A stretch of 64,000 bases of DNA from Pseudomonadota bacterium. Its GTDB lineage: Bacteria > Pseudomonadota > Gammaproteobacteria > Ga0077536. Where the stretch lies: positions 2,533 through 66,532 of the forward strand of contig JAYYOR010000005.1 of the NCBI GenBank assembly GCA_036130055.1, given 5' to 3'. A program made the translations under genes and the position numbers. The notes beneath the pieces are model-generated. The model was not told the origin of the DNA. It saw nothing but the letters and a program-made list of their open reading frames with translations, and searched no databases. Positions within the stretch are counted from its first letter, which is position 1; the number at the start of each line of letters is the position of its first letter. Shown here one piece after another: positions 40,305 to 52,440 of this stretch.

Positions 40305-42110
40305 TTAAAACCAATCTTTTTCCATTGTCACAAAAGCCAAGTCAAACCTTTCAATAAAGCGTAACCTTTCTTGTATTCTAGGAAATTCATGGCCAAAATA
40401 AAATCTTATCGCAGCTTTTTTTCCGAGATAAAACGGATTTTGACCATCTTTTTTTAAGTTTTTAAATACTACTGCGGCTTGCTTCAGCCACATCCAACCT
40501 ATAAGGATATGACCAAAAGTATCTAAAAATATTCCAGCATTCGATAACCCAATATAATCACCCGACTTCTTTCGGGTAAGTTTTATTATCTCGACGACTG
40601 ATTCTAACTGTACCAGCAAACTCTCGAACTGTTTTCCAAACTCATCAAGTTCAGGGTCAACTTTTGGGCCTGAAATGGTTTCCCTTATTAAAGTCAATAA
40701 ATAATGGAAGGTTCTACCGTTACTCATAAATATTTTTCTTCCAAGCAAGTCCAAGGCTTGAATTCCATGAGTCCCCTCATGAATCGGATTCAGTCTGTTA
40801 TCCCTATAAAAACGTTCAAGAGGAAAGTCTTTCGTATAACCATATCCACCTAAAACTTGAATTGCGTGCTTATTAGCTTCTAGACAAAATTCGGAAGGCC
40901 AGGATTTCGCGACTGGGGTAAGAAGCTCCAATAATGAATTTATTTCCTCTTTTACTGAAATATCGGTTTCTATAAGATATCGGTCATACATGTAGGCGCA
41001 ATAAAGAGTTAAAGCCAAACTCCCCTCCACTGCAAACTTTTGCATCATTAGTAATCTTTTCACATCAGGATGTTCAACGATACAAACCTGATTTGACCCA
41101 GATTTCGGCGACCCAAGTTTTCGTCCTTGGATTCGATCTTTAGCATAAGCCAAAGAATGTAAATAACCGGTGTAACCTAGTGCAGTTGCGTGCATACCAA
41201 CTCCGATTCTTGCTTCATTCATCATATGAAACATGTACCGAAGGCCTTCATTAACTTCACCTATTAGATAACCATGGCAATCTTGATTTTCGCCATAGTT
41301 CAGTACCGTATTTGTGGTTCCATGCCACCCCATCTTTTGATTCAACCCTATGACCTTAATGTCATTTCTTTTTGAAAAACTACCCTTTTCATCCTCGCGA
41401 AATTTGGGCACAAGGAACAACGAGATACCTCTGACGCCAGGTGGGGCCCCGTCAATTCGGGCAAGAACCATATGGACGATATTTTCAGACAGCTCGTGTT
41501 CACCGCCTGAAATCCACATTTTTGTGCCACTGATTAAGTAATGATCTGAATCGGTAGGCCTAGCTGACACTCTAATATCACCTAAAGAAGAACCAGCCTG
41601 AGGTTCAGAAAGGTTCATCGTACCAAAAAACCTACCCTCTATCATGGGTCTCAAATATTTATCCTTCAGAGTATTATTCGCGTACTTAGAAATTAGGTTT
41701 GCGGCAGCCGTAGTAAGAAAACTATATGCTACCGCACTTACATTTGCAGCTGCCAAGAAAGCACCAGCTGCTTGCGCAACTACAAAAGGAAGTTGCATTC
41801 CTCCGGAATCAATTTCAGCCGACATCTTGGTAAAACCCAACTCCCTAAACTCATCCAGAGTTTCTTTTAGCTTGGGATAGGTAATAACTTTATCTTTCTC
41901 AAGATAGGGCTCACTCGAGTCAAGTTGTTTTGCTAAAGGGTAAAATTTCTGCTCGGCAAAGTTTTTGGCAAGTTCTAAAACTGCATCAAAAGTTGACCGA
42001 TCATGCTGTTCGTATCTGTCGCTTTTTGTCAATTTATCAACTTGAAACACTTCATAAAGAAGAAATTCCATGTCTCTATTTTTAATTTGTAAATCATCCA
42101 TTATTATCAA
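40305..42110 (-). CDS. Acyl-CoA dehydrogenase, long (about 600 aa) form
   Basis: ACAD middle and C-terminal domain patterns (…QVLGGYGYTKDFPLERFYRDNRLNPIHEGT…). Confidence 0.8.
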   Translation of the reverse strand: MIIMDDLQIKNRDMEFLLYEVFQVDKLTKSDRYEQHDRSTFDAVLELAKNFAEQKFYPLAKQLDSSEPYLEKDKVITYPKLKETLDEFRELGFTKMSAEIDSGGMQLPFVVAQAAGAFLAAANVSAVAYSFLTTAAANLISKYANNTLKDKYLRPMIEGRFFGTMNLSEPQAGSSLGDIRVSARPTDSDHYLISGTKMWISGGEHELSENIVHMVLARIDGAPPGVRGISLFLVPKFREDEKGSFSKRNDIKVIGLNQKMGWHGTTNTVLNYGENQDCHGYLIGEVNEGLRYMFHMMNEARIGVGMHATALGYTGYLHSLAYAKDRIQGRKLGSPKSGSNQVCIVEHPDVKRLLMMQKFAVEGSLALTLYCAYMYDRYLIETDISVKEEINSLLELLTPVAKSWPSEFCLEANKHAIQVLGGYGYTKDFPLERFYRDNRLNPIHEGTHGIQALDLLGRKIFMSNGRTFHYLLTLIRETISGPKVDPELDEFGKQFESLLVQLESVVEIIKLTRKKSGDYIGLSNAGIFLDTFGHILIGWMWLKQAAVVFKNLKKDGQNPFYLGKKAAIRFYFGHEFPRIQERLRFIERFDLAFVTMEKDWF

Positions 42111-42122
42111 TAATCAGTTATT

Positions 42123-42581
42123 TTACTCATCCATTTTTTTTACAATAAATTTACTGAAATCATATTGGGGTGCCTCGATTGAAACAGGTTCTGTTAAAAT
42201 AGCACCGACCTCAGATAATGAGAACTTAGAAGTATCGTAGTTGGCCGGTTCAACAGTTTTATAATCAATTAACAAGGCACCTGGTTCGGCCAAATTTGCC
42301 TCAATAGACTTAAATTCTATCTGTTTTGAAGTATTCTGGACGGAGGGAATGGCCTCTTTGGAAATCGTTACAATCGCACCTCTTTCAGACATAGCCGTTT
42401 TATATTTTTGTGCCTCTTCAAAAGAAATATTTTTTTTTAAAACCACAGCTGAATCAGTAAATATTTTTTTTCGTAAGTGTTCCGGATCGACTCTAAATAG
42501 CTTACCCAGCTCACTAGTCACCTTTTCTCGTGACCAACCGTCTTTCAACTCTCCGGCAAACGTAATACAAAACTTATCCAT
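42123..42581 (-). CDS. Hypothetical protein with a short internal repeat
   Basis: No recognisable family. The C-terminal half contains repeated P-x-YD-x-SKF motifs (EPANYDTSKFSL / APQYDFSKFIV). Embedded in the catabolic operon between an LLM gene and the ACAD gene. Confidence 0.4.
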   Translation of the reverse strand: MDKFCITFAGELKDGWSREKVTSELGKLFRVDPEHLRKKIFTDSAVVLKKNISFEEAQKYKTAMSERGAIVTISKEAIPSVQNTSKQIEFKSIEANLAEPGALLIDYKTVEPANYDTSKFSLSEVGAILTEPVSIEAPQYDFSKFIVKKMDE

Positions 42582-42629
42582 ATTTTACTTCTATATAAAA
42601 TTTACCTTATAAATAATAATATTGTAGCT

Positions 42630-43670
42630 TTAGTTTTTATTAACCGCCAATATGTTTATAATCTCAGAAGGTAAATTTTTAAAGCTTTCCAAACTTTGTT
42701 CATCATCTAAAAAAGAATAAACAGAAAAGCGATTTAAAACACCCAAGTAACGGTCAATAATCCTCTGTGCTAGATTTTCAGGATTGTCGATGATTACAAT
42801 CTTTTCTAACAATTCATCTGGAATAAGGTCTCCCATAGTGTCTAATTCACCACGTTTAAGAGAAAGATTTAATTTTTTCCCTAGATCAGGGTAACCATGA
42901 TATTGAAAAAGAACTGCGTAATTTGGAGTTGACCCATAAAAAGCAATTTGTTGTCGAACAACCCTCTCCATACCAAGCTTTTCCTCATACGTTTCTCCCG
43001 TAATCACAAAAATAGGGGCATATAACTCGAAATTTCTCTCAGGTTCTTGAGACGATATAAGTCCTTTATTTACATTTGGTATAACCATATCTTTTAGAAA
43101 TTCTACCGTATGCATTGGATGAACATGGAAACCGTCCGCTACCTTGCCAGCAACCTCACACATGAGAGGATTGACCCCAGCCAAATAAATCGGAATTCTA
43201 GGCCATTTAATCGGACCTGGGTTAAAAAAATCCGTTAACAAGGAAAACTTATAAAAGTGCCCATCAAAATCCGGTTGTTTACCCGTTTGAAAACAATCCC
43301 AAATTGATTTTATACAACGAATGTATTCTTCAATCCTAGCAGCGGGCTTATCGAATTGAACTGAATACCTTCGTTCAATATGAGATTTTACCTGAGTCCC
43401 CAATCCGAGATTAAATCTTCCTCTCGAAAATTTTTGTAAATCCCAAGCGGTTTGCGCCAAGGCAAAAGGTGTTCTCGCAAAAGCAACTGTAATATTGGTT
43501 CCTAAATTGATTTTATTTGAAGACCGAATGGCAAAACTTAACGGCAAAAATGGGTCATTCTTAGCTTCAAAGGTCCAAGCCCCGCTGAATCCGTATTTTT
43601 CCAAAAAGCGGATTTCAAAGTCAATTTCCTCCGGACTTCCGGCTTTTAATAAAGCGTCGACTTTTATCAT
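42630..43670 (-). CDS. LLM-class flavin/F420-type oxidoreductase (paralogue of the ORF at 33086-34123)
   Basis: Same family signature as the 33086-34123 ORF (…GFSGAWTFEAKNDPFLPL…). Confidence 0.7.
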   Translation of the reverse strand: MIKVDALLKAGSPEEIDFEIRFLEKYGFSGAWTFEAKNDPFLPLSFAIRSSNKINLGTNITVAFARTPFALAQTAWDLQKFSRGRFNLGLGTQVKSHIERRYSVQFDKPAARIEEYIRCIKSIWDCFQTGKQPDFDGHFYKFSLLTDFFNPGPIKWPRIPIYLAGVNPLMCEVAGKVADGFHVHPMHTVEFLKDMVIPNVNKGLISSQEPERNFELYAPIFVITGETYEEKLGMERVVRQQIAFYGSTPNYAVLFQYHGYPDLGKKLNLSLKRGELDTMGDLIPDELLEKIVIIDNPENLAQRIIDRYLGVLNRFSVYSFLDDEQSLESFKNLPSEIINILAVNKN

Positions 43671-43679
43671 ATTTTTTGA

Positions 43680-44339
43680 TTAATCTACGAGCTTATCTTC
43701 AAAAACTTTTGGGAAAATTAGGCTTAATTCTGCGAGAAGTTGTTCTTTATTTATGACTTTAATTGTTTTTATTCCTAGCTTACTTGCTGGCTTTAGATTA
43801 ATACCCAGGTCATCAAAATAAACTATTTCTCTAGGGCTCAAATTCAACGTCTCAATAGCTATCTTATAAATTCGGGGATCAGGCTTCCTTAATCCTAGTT
43901 TACTGGATTCTATAACATGATCAAAATTTCCCATTATATTCTTTAATCTTACACTATAGTTATCATCATTTATCTCAGAGGGGGGTAGTTTTTTAATATT
44001 ATTTGTTAAGCAGAGCTGAGAAATACCTATTTTTTTAACTTTAATTATAAAATTTACTATATCATCGCGGATCCGGCAGTTAATTAAAGGAAGAACATCA
44101 TATCCCCTTATCGCATGGCCAAGATTCTTCGATTCTTGCTGGAACAAATTGTCAAATGTTGCATGACTAATTTCACCTCTTTCTAATAAGGCCCACGCGT
44201 TAGAATCTGAATTATTAGCATTAACAGCCCTAATAAATCCGGTTGGAAGCCCATGAGTTGCTTCAAATTTATTGAAGTTTTCAAAAGGAGAGCTCGTGAC
44301 GACCCCACCAAAATCCCAAATTATACCTTTCTTATTCAC
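43680..44339 (-). CDS. HAD-superfamily hydrolase
   Basis: N-terminal motif I-like GIIWDFGGVV and the overall size of HAD-IA-type phosphatases/dehalogenases. The second Asp of motif I is replaced by Gly. Confidence 0.5.
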   Translation of the reverse strand: MNKKGIIWDFGGVVTSSPFENFNKFEATHGLPTGFIRAVNANNSDSNAWALLERGEISHATFDNLFQQESKNLGHAIRGYDVLPLINCRIRDDIVNFIIKVKKIGISQLCLTNNIKKLPPSEINDDNYSVRLKNIMGNFDHVIESSKLGLRKPDPRIYKIAIETLNLSPREIVYFDDLGINLKPASKLGIKTIKVINKEQLLAELSLIFPKVFEDKLVD

Positions 44340-44449
44340 TATAGAATTAGAACTCCTAGATTTTACTCTTATGGATATTGCATCTTAGTTTTTATCCAGT
44401 GTAGAGTAAGGATTATGAATATTGCAATCTCAGCGTCTACAAAAATTCC

Positions 44450-45613
44450 ATGTTTAATCACATAAAATCTTGCAGAAACATCTCCGATTTTCAACGATTG
44501 GCCAAAAAAAAACTACCAAATGCCATATTTCATTATATCGATGGAGCGGCCGAAGATGAAACCACTTATCGTCGAAACACGAATGCGTTTGAGGAAGTCG
44601 ATCTAGTACCTAATGTCCTTAGGGACGTTTCTAAAATAGATATGTCAGTAACTATAATGGGCCAAAAACTAGAAATGCCACTGTTTTGCTCTCCTACAGC
44701 TTTACAAAGATTATTTCATTTTCAAGGTGAAGAGGCGGTTGCAGAAGCTGCCAGTCACTTTGGTACCATGTTTGGGGTATCATCTCTCACTACCACCAGC
44801 CTTGATAAAATAAAGTCACTATCCACTAGTCCAAAAATATTTCAATTTTATTATCACAAAGACCAAGGGTTAAATCGCGCCATGATTGAAGCCGCAAAAG
44901 AGGCTGATTTTAATGTGCTAGCATTAACAGTAGATACCATTACAGGAGGCAATCGCGAACGAGACTTAAAGACCGGCTTCACTTCACCTCCTCGATTAAC
45001 GCCAAAAACATTATTCAGTTTTATAACCCATCCCAGATGGACCGTAAACTACCTAACCCACGATAATTTCAGTCTTCCCCTATTAGAAAACTTCGTAAAA
45101 GAAGGGTCGAAAATATCGATTACAGTTGGAGAATATTTTTCGACCATGCTTGATCAATCTCTTGATTGGGATAAAGCATCGGAATTAAGAGAAATGTGGG
45201 GAGGACCCTTCTGTCTAAAGGGGATAATGAGTGCAGAAGATTCAAAAGCCGCCTTATCCATAGGCGCTTCTGGGATCATGGTTTCAAATCACGGCGGCCG
45301 GCAACTAGACGGGTCGCGGTCCCCTTTTGATCAGATTAGCGAAATAGCTGATGCGGTAGGCGATGAGATTGATGTTATTTTAGACGGAGGGATACGCCGT
45401 GGAAGTCACGTTTTAAAGGCACTTGCTTCGGGCGCTAAAGCTTGCTCAGGCGGAAGAATGTACCTCTATGCCCTTGCCGCGGGCGGTCAGGTGGGTGTTA
45501 AAAAAGCTCTAGGAATTATGAAAGAGGAAATTGCTCGAGACATGAAGCTAATGGGTATATCCAAGATAAACAAACTGGATAACACTATGATAAGAAGAAG
45601 AATTAAGAATTAG
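44450..45613 (+). CDS. FMN-dependent alpha-hydroxy-acid dehydrogenase/oxidase (L-lactate dehydrogenase LldD / glycolate oxidase family)
   Basis: N-terminus …LPNAIFHYIDGAAEDETTYRRN… and active-site region …SNHGGRQLDGS… match the family. Confidence 0.8.
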   Translation: MFNHIKSCRNISDFQRLAKKKLPNAIFHYIDGAAEDETTYRRNTNAFEEVDLVPNVLRDVSKIDMSVTIMGQKLEMPLFCSPTALQRLFHFQGEEAVAEAASHFGTMFGVSSLTTTSLDKIKSLSTSPKIFQFYYHKDQGLNRAMIEAAKEADFNVLALTVDTITGGNRERDLKTGFTSPPRLTPKTLFSFITHPRWTVNYLTHDNFSLPLLENFVKEGSKISITVGEYFSTMLDQSLDWDKASELREMWGGPFCLKGIMSAEDSKAALSIGASGIMVSNHGGRQLDGSRSPFDQISEIADAVGDEIDVILDGGIRRGSHVLKALASGAKACSGGRMYLYALAAGGQVGVKKALGIMKEEIARDMKLMGISKINKLDNTMIRRRIKN

Positions 45614-45614
45614 A

Positions 45615-46199
45615 TTACGGGAATAACAAAGTCTCTGTCCAATTACCATCTGCAGTCAGCTCGTAAAATTCCCTAAGATGAAGTCTGTAAGGCATATCCT
45701 GCCAAAATTCAAAGTTTTCCGGTTTTACCCGAAAGCCAGACCAATAATCTGGTCTGGGAATGTCGCTATCTAAAAACTTCTTGGTTAGTAACTCAATTGA
45801 TTCCCCCAAAGAAGTACGAGAATTTAATACCCTCGATTGATCTGATGCCCACGCTCCCAACTGCGAGCCACGGTCGCGTGTCGCAAAATACTCATCTGCG
45901 ATCCTGCCGTCAATTTGATTCGCTTCACCTTGTATTCTCACTTGCCTCTTTAAAGACTTCCAATGAAAACAGAGGGATACAAAAGGGTTCCCACCGAGTT
46001 GAATGCCTTTATTACTCTGAGTATTTGTGTAAAAAACAAATTCTTTTTTATGAAAACCTTTAAACAGAACTATCCTTGAAGAAGGCCGTCCTAATCTATC
46101 AACGGTTGATAAAGTCATCGCGTTAGCATCTAATTCAAGCTCGGAAGCCTCTTTTAACCAATCATCAAATCTATCAAAAGGGAAATTAAATTCTTCCAT
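45615..46199 (-). CDS. pdxH: Pyridoxamine 5'-phosphate oxidase
   Basis: …SSRIVLFKGFHKKEFVFYTNTQSNKGIQLGGNPFVSLCFHWKSLKRQVRIQGEA… is a typical PdxH core. Confidence 0.8.
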   Translation of the reverse strand: MEEFNFPFDRFDDWLKEASELELDANAMTLSTVDRLGRPSSRIVLFKGFHKKEFVFYTNTQSNKGIQLGGNPFVSLCFHWKSLKRQVRIQGEANQIDGRIADEYFATRDRGSQLGAWASDQSRVLNSRTSLGESIELLTKKFLDSDIPRPDYWSGFRVKPENFEFWQDMPYRLHLREFYELTADGNWTETLLFP

Positions 46200-46200
46200 T

Positions 46201-48721
<2,521 letters not shown>

Positions 48722-48740
48722 ATCTTAAATAGCCAATATT

Positions 48741-49607
48741 TTATTGTATTTGACCTGCTGGGTTACCGAAGAACTTAAAAAAGTCTGAATCGGGTTCCAA
48801 TAATAAAACATCATTATTATTCCCAAAACTCGATTTATATGCATTCAGGCTTCTATAAAAATCATAAAATTCCGAATTTTTATTATAAGCCTTTGCGTAT
48901 ATTTCCGACGATTTGGCATCACCCGCACCCCTCATCTCCTCGGCATCTTTATAGGCTGCAGCCGAGATAACGATTCTCTGCCGGTCAGCATCAGCTCTAA
49001 TTGTGATTGCCTCTTTTTCACCCCTTGCTCGGAATTCTCTGGCTACGCGAGCTCGCTCAGAACGCATTCGCTCGTATACATTAGCGCTAACTTCCACGGG
49101 TAAGTCAATTTTTTTCAGCCGTAAGTCTAAGATCTCCATACCCAAGTCAGCCGCTCTTTCGTTCGCAGTTTGAGTCACAACCTCCATTATTTTGCCACGT
49201 TCACCGCTTACTACTTCTTGTACTGTCCTTTTACCGAATTCACTTCTAAGACTATCATTTATTTTTTGATAAACTAAAAGGCCGGCTCTTCGAATGTCTC
49301 CGTCTGTTGACTTATAAAATTGCTCAACATTCTGTATTCTCCACCTGGCAAAAGAATCAACTATCACATCTTTTTTCTCTCCAGTTAAGAAACGCTGAGG
49401 CTCCGCGTCTAAAGTTTGTAAACGTTTATCGAATTTCTTGACGTTTTGAACACCAGGAATCAAAAAATGTAGCCCAGGTTTGAAGTCAGAGCGCTCAATT
49501 TTTCCAATCTGAAACAGGATGGCTGATTGGTACTCGTACACTCTAAACGTTACGAGGTACAGTATTCCTAAAACAATTACTAAACCTAATGATATTTTTG
49601 TAAACAT
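48741..49607 (-). CDS. hflC: Protease modulator HflC
   Basis: SPFH/band-7 domain with an N-terminal TM helix; follows hflK. Confidence 0.85.
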   Translation of the reverse strand: MFTKISLGLVIVLGILYLVTFRVYEYQSAILFQIGKIERSDFKPGLHFLIPGVQNVKKFDKRLQTLDAEPQRFLTGEKKDVIVDSFARWRIQNVEQFYKSTDGDIRRAGLLVYQKINDSLRSEFGKRTVQEVVSGERGKIMEVVTQTANERAADLGMEILDLRLKKIDLPVEVSANVYERMRSERARVAREFRARGEKEAITIRADADRQRIVISAAAYKDAEEMRGAGDAKSSEIYAKAYNKNSEFYDFYRSLNAYKSSFGNNNDVLLLEPDSDFFKFFGNPAGQIQ

Positions 49608-49629
49608 TTGTCTTCTCTTTTTTTTACTT

Positions 49630-50772
49630 TTATCTGGTTTCTCTGTCTCTATCCCATCTTTGTACGGTGGTGTTAGAGTCGATCATTTGATTTGTTTCAC
49701 TTGAGTTGGCGTTGCCAGATTCAAGTGATCTTTGATTACTTTTACCGCCACCGCGTTCTATTAACTTGTCGATTGGTAAATACATCAAGCTGGACCCACT
49801 TTCATTGTCTAAAATTACTTTATTCGTTTTCGACAAAACCGATTCAATTGCTTCGATGTACAATCTTTTTCGTGTCACCTCAGGAGCCTTGCTATATTCC
49901 TTATAGAGCTGGTCAAATCTGCTGGCTTCACCTTCGGCCTGCGCAATAACTTTATCGCGATAACCTTCTGCCTCGAGTCTGATCCTAGCTGCCTCACCAG
50001 CTGCTCGTTCCACAACTTCATTTCGATAGGCCTCAGCTTCGTTTATTTTCCGCTGCTCATCTTCTCTTGCTTTAATCGCGTCATCGAACGCCGCTTTGAC
50101 TGCTTCTGGTGGTTTTGCTGGTTGCATGTTAACACTGGTAACCTCAATGCCAGACTCGTAAACATCCAAAACATCCTGTATTAACATCATCGCCTCTGTC
50201 GCTATTTGTGCTCTACCTTCTGTAATGACGTAAGTAAGTGTGCTTTGACCTATGATATCCCTAATTGCCGATTCTGTGACCCTTCGTACCGAAACATCTG
50301 GGTCTGCGATTTTAAATAGATAATCTGTAGCCTCTTTAATTCTGTATTGCACAGCTAACTCAACTTCAACGATATTCTCATCTCCCGTAAGCATTGATGA
50401 TTGAGACGTGATGGTTTGAATGCGCTCTACATTTACTTTAATAACTTCTTCTATCGGCCTGGGTAATCTAATATGCGGACCTGGCTGCAATGTAGAGACA
50501 TACTCTCCAAACCTCATTACTACACCTCTCTCCGCTGGGTCGATCCTGTAAACCATCTCATATCCAAGAATGAGCGCAAAAAGTACACCTGCCACAATTA
50601 GAAGTGGGGTTTTTGGTTCATCGTTTCCTTTTTTTGAACCCCCACCCCCACTAAATATCTTTCCGATACCTTCTTGCATTTTCTTTACCACCTCATCTAA
50701 GTCTGGCGGCCCCTGGTTGCCTGGTCGATTGCCCCAAGGATCTTTATCTTTGTTATCTGGATTCCATGACAT
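49630..50772 (-). CDS. hflK: Protease modulator HflK
   Basis: SPFH domain; Gly/Pro-rich N-terminus; canonical hflX-hflK-hflC order. Confidence 0.85.
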   Translation of the reverse strand: MSWNPDNKDKDPWGNRPGNQGPPDLDEVVKKMQEGIGKIFSGGGGSKKGNDEPKTPLLIVAGVLFALILGYEMVYRIDPAERGVVMRFGEYVSTLQPGPHIRLPRPIEEVIKVNVERIQTITSQSSMLTGDENIVEVELAVQYRIKEATDYLFKIADPDVSVRRVTESAIRDIIGQSTLTYVITEGRAQIATEAMMLIQDVLDVYESGIEVTSVNMQPAKPPEAVKAAFDDAIKAREDEQRKINEAEAYRNEVVERAAGEAARIRLEAEGYRDKVIAQAEGEASRFDQLYKEYSKAPEVTRKRLYIEAIESVLSKTNKVILDNESGSSLMYLPIDKLIERGGGKSNQRSLESGNANSSETNQMIDSNTTVQRWDRDRETR

Positions 50773-50814
50773 TATTTTTATTCCCGTTTTTAATTTTATT
50801 CATTGCTTATCCAA

Positions 50815-52110
50815 TCAAATACTTCTAGCAGCTAACTCTTGATCTGGGTTGTGCCCATCAGTAGGCAACAATTCGTAACTATCTTTATATTTTAACACCA
50901 AATCCCTCTCAAACCGGTCAACCTCTAATTCAAGTATGATATCGCCAGTTCTGTCTACCACCTCAGCCAATACAAGCCCTCGATCATAAAATAAAGCTCT
51001 TAGACGTCCAACTGATTGGGATAGTTTAACAGTGATACGGTTCTTTGCACCATAAAGATTTTCTTCTATTATACGTTTTAATAAACTTATTCCTTGTTTA
51101 TTGATGGCTGAAACCTCTACAGAATCAATTAGCTTGTTACCAATCGATTTATTTTTTTGCTTCAAACCCTCGAGCAGGTCAGATTTATTGTATACCATTA
51201 CGGTAGGCACATTACCCGCTCCTATCATCCGAAGAATTTTGTTCACCACGTCAATTCGCTCATATAATTCCGGATGAGCGGCATCTACAACGTGCAATAT
51301 CAATTGTGATTTGATAGTTTCCTCCAGGGTTGCGCCAAATGCGGCAATAAGTGTCGGTGGTAAATTTTCTATAAAGCCAACTGTATCCGTCAACAAAATT
51401 CGCTTATCTCTACCCACCTCCATTGCCCTAGTTGTTGGATCCAAGGTGGCAAACATAAGATCCCTCGCCTCGATGTCACTTTTTGTTAAAACATTAAATA
51501 AACTTGATTTTCCCGCGTTTGTATAACCGACTAAGGCAACAGTTGGTCTTCCTCTTTTCTTCCTAAGACCGCCTGCTAATCTTCTCCTTGATTTAATCTT
51601 TTTGAGACGGGTAGATAGTTGCTTGATTCGGACACCAAGCAACCGTCTGTCAGTTTCCAATTGTGTCTCACCTGGACCTCTGAGTCCTAAGCCGCCTCTT
51701 TGCCTCTCTAGATGGGTCCACTCTCGAGTAAGCTTGCTTTTCAAATAATCTAATTGAGCTAACTCGACTTGTACGCGACCTTCAAATGAGCGAGCTCTCT
51801 GCGCAAAAATATTTAAAATAAGCCCGGTCCTATCAATTAATTGGCAACAGAGCTTTCGCTGTATATTTCGGTGTTGACTTGAAGATATATCTCTATTGAC
51901 GACTACAAACGAAGTGTTATTGACGGAAACTAAATCTTTAAGCTCGTCAAGCTTTCCGGACCTCACATATGATTTTGGATCAAATTTATCCAAAATTGCT
52001 GAACATGAAAATTTTATTTCTAAATTTGCACTTCGAATTAGCTCATAAAATTCGCTGGGATCATAGTAGCTCCCCTTAAGAGAGACAATAAGTACGCCTA
52101 CTTCGTTCAA
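50815..52110 (-). CDS. hflX: GTPase HflX
   Basis: G1 motif GYTNAGKSSLFN, the …DTVGF… G3 motif, and an N-terminal HflX domain; downstream of hfq. Confidence 0.9.
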   Translation of the reverse strand: MNEVGVLIVSLKGSYYDPSEFYELIRSANLEIKFSCSAILDKFDPKSYVRSGKLDELKDLVSVNNTSFVVVNRDISSSQHRNIQRKLCCQLIDRTGLILNIFAQRARSFEGRVQVELAQLDYLKSKLTREWTHLERQRGGLGLRGPGETQLETDRRLLGVRIKQLSTRLKKIKSRRRLAGGLRKKRGRPTVALVGYTNAGKSSLFNVLTKSDIEARDLMFATLDPTTRAMEVGRDKRILLTDTVGFIENLPPTLIAAFGATLEETIKSQLILHVVDAAHPELYERIDVVNKILRMIGAGNVPTVMVYNKSDLLEGLKQKNKSIGNKLIDSVEVSAINKQGISLLKRIIEENLYGAKNRITVKLSQSVGRLRALFYDRGLVLAEVVDRTGDIILELEVDRFERDLVLKYKDSYELLPTDGHNPDQELAARSI

Positions 52111-52170
52111 TTTTTATTACCAATCATAAGATATGAGTTTTGATAATTGGAGTCAGATGAAAAGAGAGGA

Positions 52171-52404
52171 TTAGTCAACGGGGTGTTGCTCAATCTTTAC
52201 GTTCGTACTCGGCACAACAGTAGAAATAGCGTGCTTATATACCATCTGATAGACAGAACTCTTCAACACAATCACAAATTGGTCAAACGAATCAACTGTA
52301 CCCTGAAGCTTTATGCCATTTACTAAAAATATCGAAACCGGGATCTGCTCTTTCCTTAATGTGTTTAAAAATGGCTCTTGCAAGGATTGATTTCTACTGC
52401 TCAT
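52171..52404 (-). CDS. hfq: RNA chaperone Hfq
   Basis: Sm1/Sm2 motifs (…[29 protein letters not shown]…[10 protein letters not shown]). Confidence 0.9.
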   Translation of the reverse strand: MSSRNQSLQEPFLNTLRKEQIPVSIFLVNGIKLQGTVDSFDQFVIVLKSSVYQMVYKHAISTVVPSTNVKIEQHPVD

Positions 52405-52440
52405 TTTTTTAAAAACCAGCGTTCAATTGCCTGTTCTCGT

